Of a stretch of 64,000 nt of DNA, positions 58,901 through 64,000 are shown in pieces. Source of the DNA: Lepidodermella squamata (lineage: Eukaryota > Animalia > Gastrotricha). Position 1 is the first letter of the stretch; every line of letters starts with the position of its first letter. The translations under genes were made by a program, and so were the position numbers. The stretch covers positions 558,001 through 622,000 of the forward strand of contig JBLDXI010000016.1 of the NCBI GenBank assembly GCA_047495785.1, in the 5' to 3' direction. Under the pieces are notes generated by a model. The model was not told where the DNA came from. It saw nothing but the letters and a program-made list of their open reading frames with translations, and searched no databases.

Positions 58901-59656
58901 AGACTGTCGTGCCTTCAGAATTGCAAACGTCAGTGCAGCTGCTTGGCAGACAGATTTTTTTAACATTCCAACCATTGCTGAAGTCGAGCGGCGTCTTCAG
59001 CCTGATTAACGCAAAATCATAATCTAGGGTTGTCGAGTTGAAGAGAGGGTGCCACGTGTAGTCCTCCACATCAACGGATAAGCCTCTATCTGTTGCCGTC
59101 CATAAGCTGGGAGAGGTGTCTGATCCGACATAAACCTTGACATATCGTGGGAATCCATAAAACTGCCCAAATAAAGCCGCGCTTTTAAATAAAAAATTAA
59201 ATTAACCAATGAACCCATGAATAATCTCACTAGAGAGGCGATGCAGCTGTGAGGATATATCTATCACTAATGATGGCTCCCATGAACATCACCGTTCGGC
59301 TATTCGGAATATCTATTGCCACTTGCGCGGTCCAAGGATAGCTGATAAATTTATCAACGTTTGAAAATCGTAAATTGCTAAATGTCTCCTTACTAAGTTA
59401 TCGGGACATCTGAGCCTCCAATGATGCTGGACGAAGACCTCAAGGCGTTGTTCCACAAAAACTCGTTCACACCGCATTCTGTCTGCGTTATAGGGCCCAC
59501 ATCGAGTTTATCGCGCATCGTTGTGGTCGAAATTGGGGCTCGAGGTGTCACGCCACCCCCAGTGACACTAACAGACGACGAGCAGGCCTCTGATCGACTT
59601 TCGAAAAGTGTCGGTATAAATAAGGCAAGGCTCAAAACAACTGTGAGTGATTTCAT
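55943..59656 (-). CDS. Secreted tandem S1A serine protease: inactive SPH domain plus active chymotrypsin-like domain (~594 aa, 11 exons)
   Basis: Exons 59656-59394, 59341-59231, 59181-58892, 58841-58562, 58421-58242, 58188-58120, 58060-58019, 57963-57824, 56461-56366, 56311-56183, 56127-55943 join in frame. Domain 1: IIGG, TAASP, DFAL, FDQGAG. Domain 2: IVGG, TAAHC, NDIGL, GDSGGP. Confidence 0.85.
56764..57354. mobile_element. piggyBac-like MITE in protease intron 8
   Basis: ttaa|ccctctaaggc ... gccttagagcg|ttaa. Confidence 0.75.
57373..57773. mobile_element. MITE in protease intron 8
   Basis: 17-bp inverted repeat cgctagcgtttcggtat; internal gcggtaaaa repeats. Confidence 0.65.
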
Positions 59657-60722
59657 TGTTTATGACTTTGTCAAGACAAATTGTCAAGAAAACTGATGTT
59701 CCCACAAGAAGACTCGATATTTATAATGCCAACAATGACTCAGAACGCGAGCGATGTCAAGAAAATATTACTCAAAGTCTTTATTCAAGCAGGCTGCCTT
59801 ACGGTGATTAGCATTTGGTATCGAAACTTCATCACAAGGCTTATGACTCAAATGTTTCTCTGACTGCTGGTCGAACCTCGGTCTTCAGGCTTTGCATGCT
59901 GATAATAGACAGCATTTTTTTCAGCATGATCTCATTAGGGCGTTAGTCATTTTCGGTTGCTATAATCTATAATCTATTTGTTTTTCTATTTATGAGCCAT
60001 ACATCAAAGAGCGAAAAGCTCAGCTGTAATAGAAATAAGATAGGAAATTATTTGCAGAAAGGAAGTTAGAAATTGCTATTTAGTCATACATGCCAAAATA
60101 CAGGCACGTACGGCCGACTAGGTGCAACCATGCGCAGCCTACACGACGTACGTGTATGATTAATAAATACTCATATTCCTTATGCTAAGCTTGAGCTTTT
60201 TTAATGCACAACATTTCCATGAAACTTCTTTTTACAGAATTTCTTCATTTCTATTTCAGTTGAGCTTGCCGACGATTTTATATCACTTGGATGTATGGCT
60301 CATGAATACATCATGTATTGTCCATCTGGCTGGAGTTTGCTTCAGTTTCTTGCAGAAAATACTCAGAAATACTCAATGAAAATTCCTGTAGCAAGATGCC
60401 GCTATCAGCCTTAAGGGTTGAATAATGAATATATGCCGATATTCCTGACATTGAGATAATTTCATCATCAACAATATTACCGAAACGTAGATTTTATGAC
60501 TTAGAACAGAGAAAGTAGTTTCAGTCTTGTTTTAGATGCTGCGGTATTAAACTGCGATTAAAAAGCCCCGACTGTACTATGAGCACTTCAGGTACTGCTG
60601 GTTCAATAAACAAACAAATAACGGTTAATATGATCAGGCTGCAATTGCGTATACGACCACACGGAACTCCAGACTTTAATGAATGGTGCTGTTTTACCAA
60701 ATGGTGTAAACGATAGTTAATT

Positions 60723-60990
60723 ATAAAATAATAATAATGGCTTTATTTATACTCCTTACGACTAAACGTCTCTAACGGTTTCCCGTTTTGAAGGAGTGGG
60801 CATTTTAGTGCCTAACACAGACACACAGGGAATCATCGCACACACAGGCTTTGCATGTCCAGGTCCGGGAGCTGGGGCGAAGCGACTTGCTCAAGGCCGC
60901 AACACTTTTTGGTGTTGCTCTGTGGGCAGCTGGAATCGAACGCACGACCTTCATGGTGATGAGGGGGCGCTCGATCCACTGCGCCACTGT
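60723..60990 (-). mobile_element. tRNA-derived SINE with CORE-like domain
   Basis: A-box tggcgcagtgg, B-box gttcgattcc, CORE-like ccttgagcaagtcgctt, (ATT)n tail, 11-bp TSD gatagttaatt (60712-22; 60991-61001). Confidence 0.85.
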
Positions 60991-61216
60991 GATAGTTAAT
61001 TTAATGCCGATTTTCCATTGTCATGAAAAGACTTGTGCTTCGGCAACAACTTGCTTTATTACTTTGAAAATAACCAGAATGATTGAAATCATACAATCAA
61101 GATGTTTAAGAGGACCGAACGATGACGTATCAACGACAACGTAATAATCACGGCATAATCGCAGTACAATAAACATAACAATGTTCCCAAGTTCCTTACA
61201 CCATACCCCTCCTTCT

Positions 61217-62937
61217 TCAAGGAGCGCAAGACCTGGAGCAAAAAATTCGGCTTGGTGCAGGCTTTCTCGGATATTTGCGGTGAAACTCGGCTACCAGATC
61301 GGGCGAATTCGTGACGTTTCCAGCCGGTTCCCATGTACAGTCTTCAGGCCCGTAACCAACCCATTCAACAAGGTACTTGAGCCGACCATGATCGTACTTG
61401 GAATCAACAATCTTCGCAACTTCAAATTCGTCGTAGCCATCAACTTCAACAGGGGGCGGCGGTGGCTGGATGCGGCCTTCGAATTCATTTGGCACACAGG
61501 GTTCCAACAAACTAACATGAACAACCGGATGAATTTTCAGCGTTGGCGGTAGTTGTAGCCGCACAGCGCGATCGCCAACCAAACCCGTGACAGTGAATGG
61601 CCCCAGTTTTTTGAAATCGAGTTTCTTCGAAGGCCGAGTTGTGGTGAGATTTGTAGCCAAACCTTGTCGCCAACTTTGAATGTAGGCGCTTCTTGTCGAT
61701 GAACATCCGCAAACTTCTTGTAATCTTGCTTCGCATCTTCGAGCTGCGTTGTCAACCATTGCGATAGCTCGGCTAACCGGCTTGCGCGTAATTCTGCACG
61801 AGGTACTTGAGCAACGGTAGGAGTAGACACATCGAAGCGCGGGTGAAAACCGTAATTGGCGAAAAAGGGCGATGTACCAATTGAGCTGTGAATCGAGTTG
61901 TTGTAGCTGAATTCGGCAAGCGAGAGTAATTCGTGCCAATCATCTTGCTGATAAGAGCAGTAGCAACGAAGATATTGCTCCAAGCAGGAATTGACCCGTT
62001 CCGTCTGACCGTCAGTTTCGGGATGAAAAGCTGTAGAGAGATTGGCTTGACAGCCGAGTAATTCCAGGAGGCGCTTCCAAAAATGAGAGGAGAATTGCGA
62101 GCCGCGATCCGTAACGACATCTTCGGGCAAGCCATGAAGTCGGAAGACTTGATCAATCACAGCTCTCGCCGTTTGCTCAGCAGTGCGTAGACCGGAAAAA
62201 GAAATAAAATGCGCCATTTTAGTAAGGCGATCAACAACATTCAAGATACAGGTCATACCGTTCGACGGAGGCAATTCAACAACGAAATCCATCGAAATCG
62301 AGGACCATGCTCGTTGGGGCGTTGGCAACGGTTGTAGCAGACCATAGGGCTTGTGCTTATCTGCCTTGGCTCGAGCGCAAGTTTCACAAGATCGAATGAA
62401 CTTTCGGACGTAGTCGTACTGACGGGGCCACCAGTAATCGCGAGAGATCAGCTCGACAGTCTTCTTGACACCAGGGTGCCCAGCAACTTTGTCATCATGC
62501 CGGCTCCGAAGGACTTCGAGGCGCAAGGCAGCCGGAACATAAATCAAGTTGTCGTAAAGAAGAACGCCATTCGCCTCACCCAGCCGCTTGCGATCGATGT
62601 TGATAGAAGCTGGTTGGCCGGCCAACAAGGACCGTGCAGCCTTCGAGAAATCGTCGACTTGTGCTTCGCGAATTCGATCGTGCAGTGGGCTCTGTAAATG
62701 AACAAACGAACGCGTCGCCATGATTCGCAAATTCTTCGATTGTAGAATGAATTGAGGCTCAGCGTTGACCACACCTGGCGACTGATGCTGTGATTTTCGG
62801 GATAAAGCGTCGGCCTTGCCACATTTTGAACCGGGGCGATAAGTGATAACAAAATCGAAACGGGCGAAAAACTCGGCCCATCGGGCTTGGCGTTGATTCA
62901 GAATTTTGACCTTGCTTTCGAAGAATTCGAGATTTCG
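61217..62937 (-). pseudogene. RNase H C-terminus, integrase (HHCC, DDE, GPF) and chromodomain of the Gypsy element
   Basis: RQARWAEFF, HD..AGHPG..CETC, SMDF, TDRGSQF, TERVN, LGPF, KYLVEWVGY...TWEP; frameshift near 61655. Confidence 0.9.
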
Positions 62938-63554
62938 AGATCACGTCAAAATGGTGCTACAACGGCTTCGAGATAACAAATTGTTCGCCAAGCTCACAAA
63001 ATGCGAGTTCGAAGTTGAGAAAGTGGAATTTCTTGGATTTCTTGTCGGCACGGATGGGATCACCATGTCGCCAGCGAAGGTCGAAGCTGTTCGAAACTGG
63101 AAAAGCCCGACCAACCTCAGGGAAGTTCAAACTTTTTTAGGTTTTGCTAACTTTTATCGTCGATTTATTAGAGATTTTGCCTCGATAGCGAAACCGCTGA
63201 CTCGGTTGATGCGCAAAAACTCGGTCTTTGTCTGGAGCCGTCAAGCTGAAGAAGCCTTCATGGAATTGAAATCGCGTTTCACTTCGGCACCGGTTCTGAT
63301 TCATGCTGACCCGAAGAAACCGTTCAGTGTCGAAACAGATGCTTCAAACTTTGCCGTGGGCTGCATTTTGTCTCAAGTGGCAGCTGACGGTTATCTTCAC
63401 CCTTGCGCCTTCTACTCGAGGAGCCTCACTGAGGCTGAACAAAAATACGGCATTTTCGACAAGGAACTCCTGGCAATCAAAGTCGCGTTCGAGCAATGGC
63501 GGCATTACCTGGAAGGCGCTCGTCACCAAGTCACTGTTTTTACCGACCACCGAA
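62934..63554 (+). pseudogene. Inverted RT-thumb/RNase H segment of the same Gypsy element
   Basis: KCEF..VEFLG, FLGFANFYRRFI, ETDAS, DKELLAI, VFTDHR. Confidence 0.9.
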
Positions 63555-64000
63555 CGATGACGTATCAACGACAACGTAATAATCACGGCATAATCGCAGT
63601 ACAATAAACATAACAATGTTCCCAAGTTCCTTACATCCATTTACTTTTTCCTCACATAGCGAAATGCTCGCATTTCCAGCAGATTATCGTGAAAAAATTA
63701 AGTGGAAAAGTACGGATGACGAATGGAAAAAATCGTCTGTTTTAGCGGATGCCACGAGGCTAAAGCCTATGGTCATCCACAAACGGCTTAAATAGCGTCT
63801 TATTTTTAATGCTATTGTTAGTATCAAGTGTGTGAGTGTCGCACACACGTCGTTATAGAGGGTAAGAAGAATGACAGGCGGCAGCATAGGTTCGGCTCCA
63901 CAAATATCCGGCTGAATAAGGTGTGTACGCGGCCGAGAGGCAGCGACTTCTTTAGACTGGCTTTAGTGTATAATTGATAATTGTTGTGTTTATTGGTTCA

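Larger units (their letters stand above)
61019..63635 (-). mobile_element. Ty3/Gypsy LTR retrotransposon with chromodomain integrase, internally deleted and inverted
   Basis: TG...CA ends, 5-bp TSD tccat (61014-18; 63636-40), 3' LTR 61019-61200, PPT 61201-61218, truncated 5' LTR 63551-63635. Confidence 0.92.

Noticed and set aside
60920-60990. tRNA gene
   Set aside because: A/B boxes continue into a CORE-like body, tail and TSD, and there is no good cloverleaf; it is a SINE head.
1-64000. Prokaryotic systems (CRISPR arrays, defence operons, rRNA)
   Set aside because: Spliceosomal introns and eukaryotic TEs throughout; no regularly spaced repeat-spacer array or rRNA-like sequence seen.

Overview
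Eukaryotic, most likely invertebrate-animal, genomic DNA: short 50-60 nt spliceosomal introns and very dense DNA transposons/MITEs. Species cannot be assigned from sequence alone. The window is a mixed multigene cluster. (1) Six intronless GABA-B-like class C GPCRs on the minus strand (Venus-flytrap + 7TM, no Cys-rich domain, no coiled-coil tail); five are intact, one is a pseudogene, and there is a small relic of a seventh. (2) Three interdigitated alkylglycerol monooxygenase (AGMO) paralogues on the plus strand. (3) Three small secreted single PAN/apple-domain genes; two lie in an apparently identical 1.39-kb segmental duplication. (4) An orphan secreted-protein gene ending only 32 bp before AGMO3. 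(5) An 11-exon tandem serine-protease gene with a dead N-terminal and an active C-terminal domain. Several introns need GC donors. Mobile DNA includes many nested MITEs (hAT-, piggyBac-, Tc1/mariner-, P-, Mutator- and CACTA-like termini/TSDs), two LINE RT remnants, a tRNA-derived CORE-type SINE, and an internally inverted and deleted chromodomain-bearing Ty3/Gypsy element with intact ends and TSD. Best candidate for an undescribed system: an expanded, mosaic family of non-GABA-binding GABA-B-like receptors co-clustered with ether-lipid-cleaving enzymes and small secreted proteins. Any functional link between them is inference. All exon structures and alignments were derived by eye.
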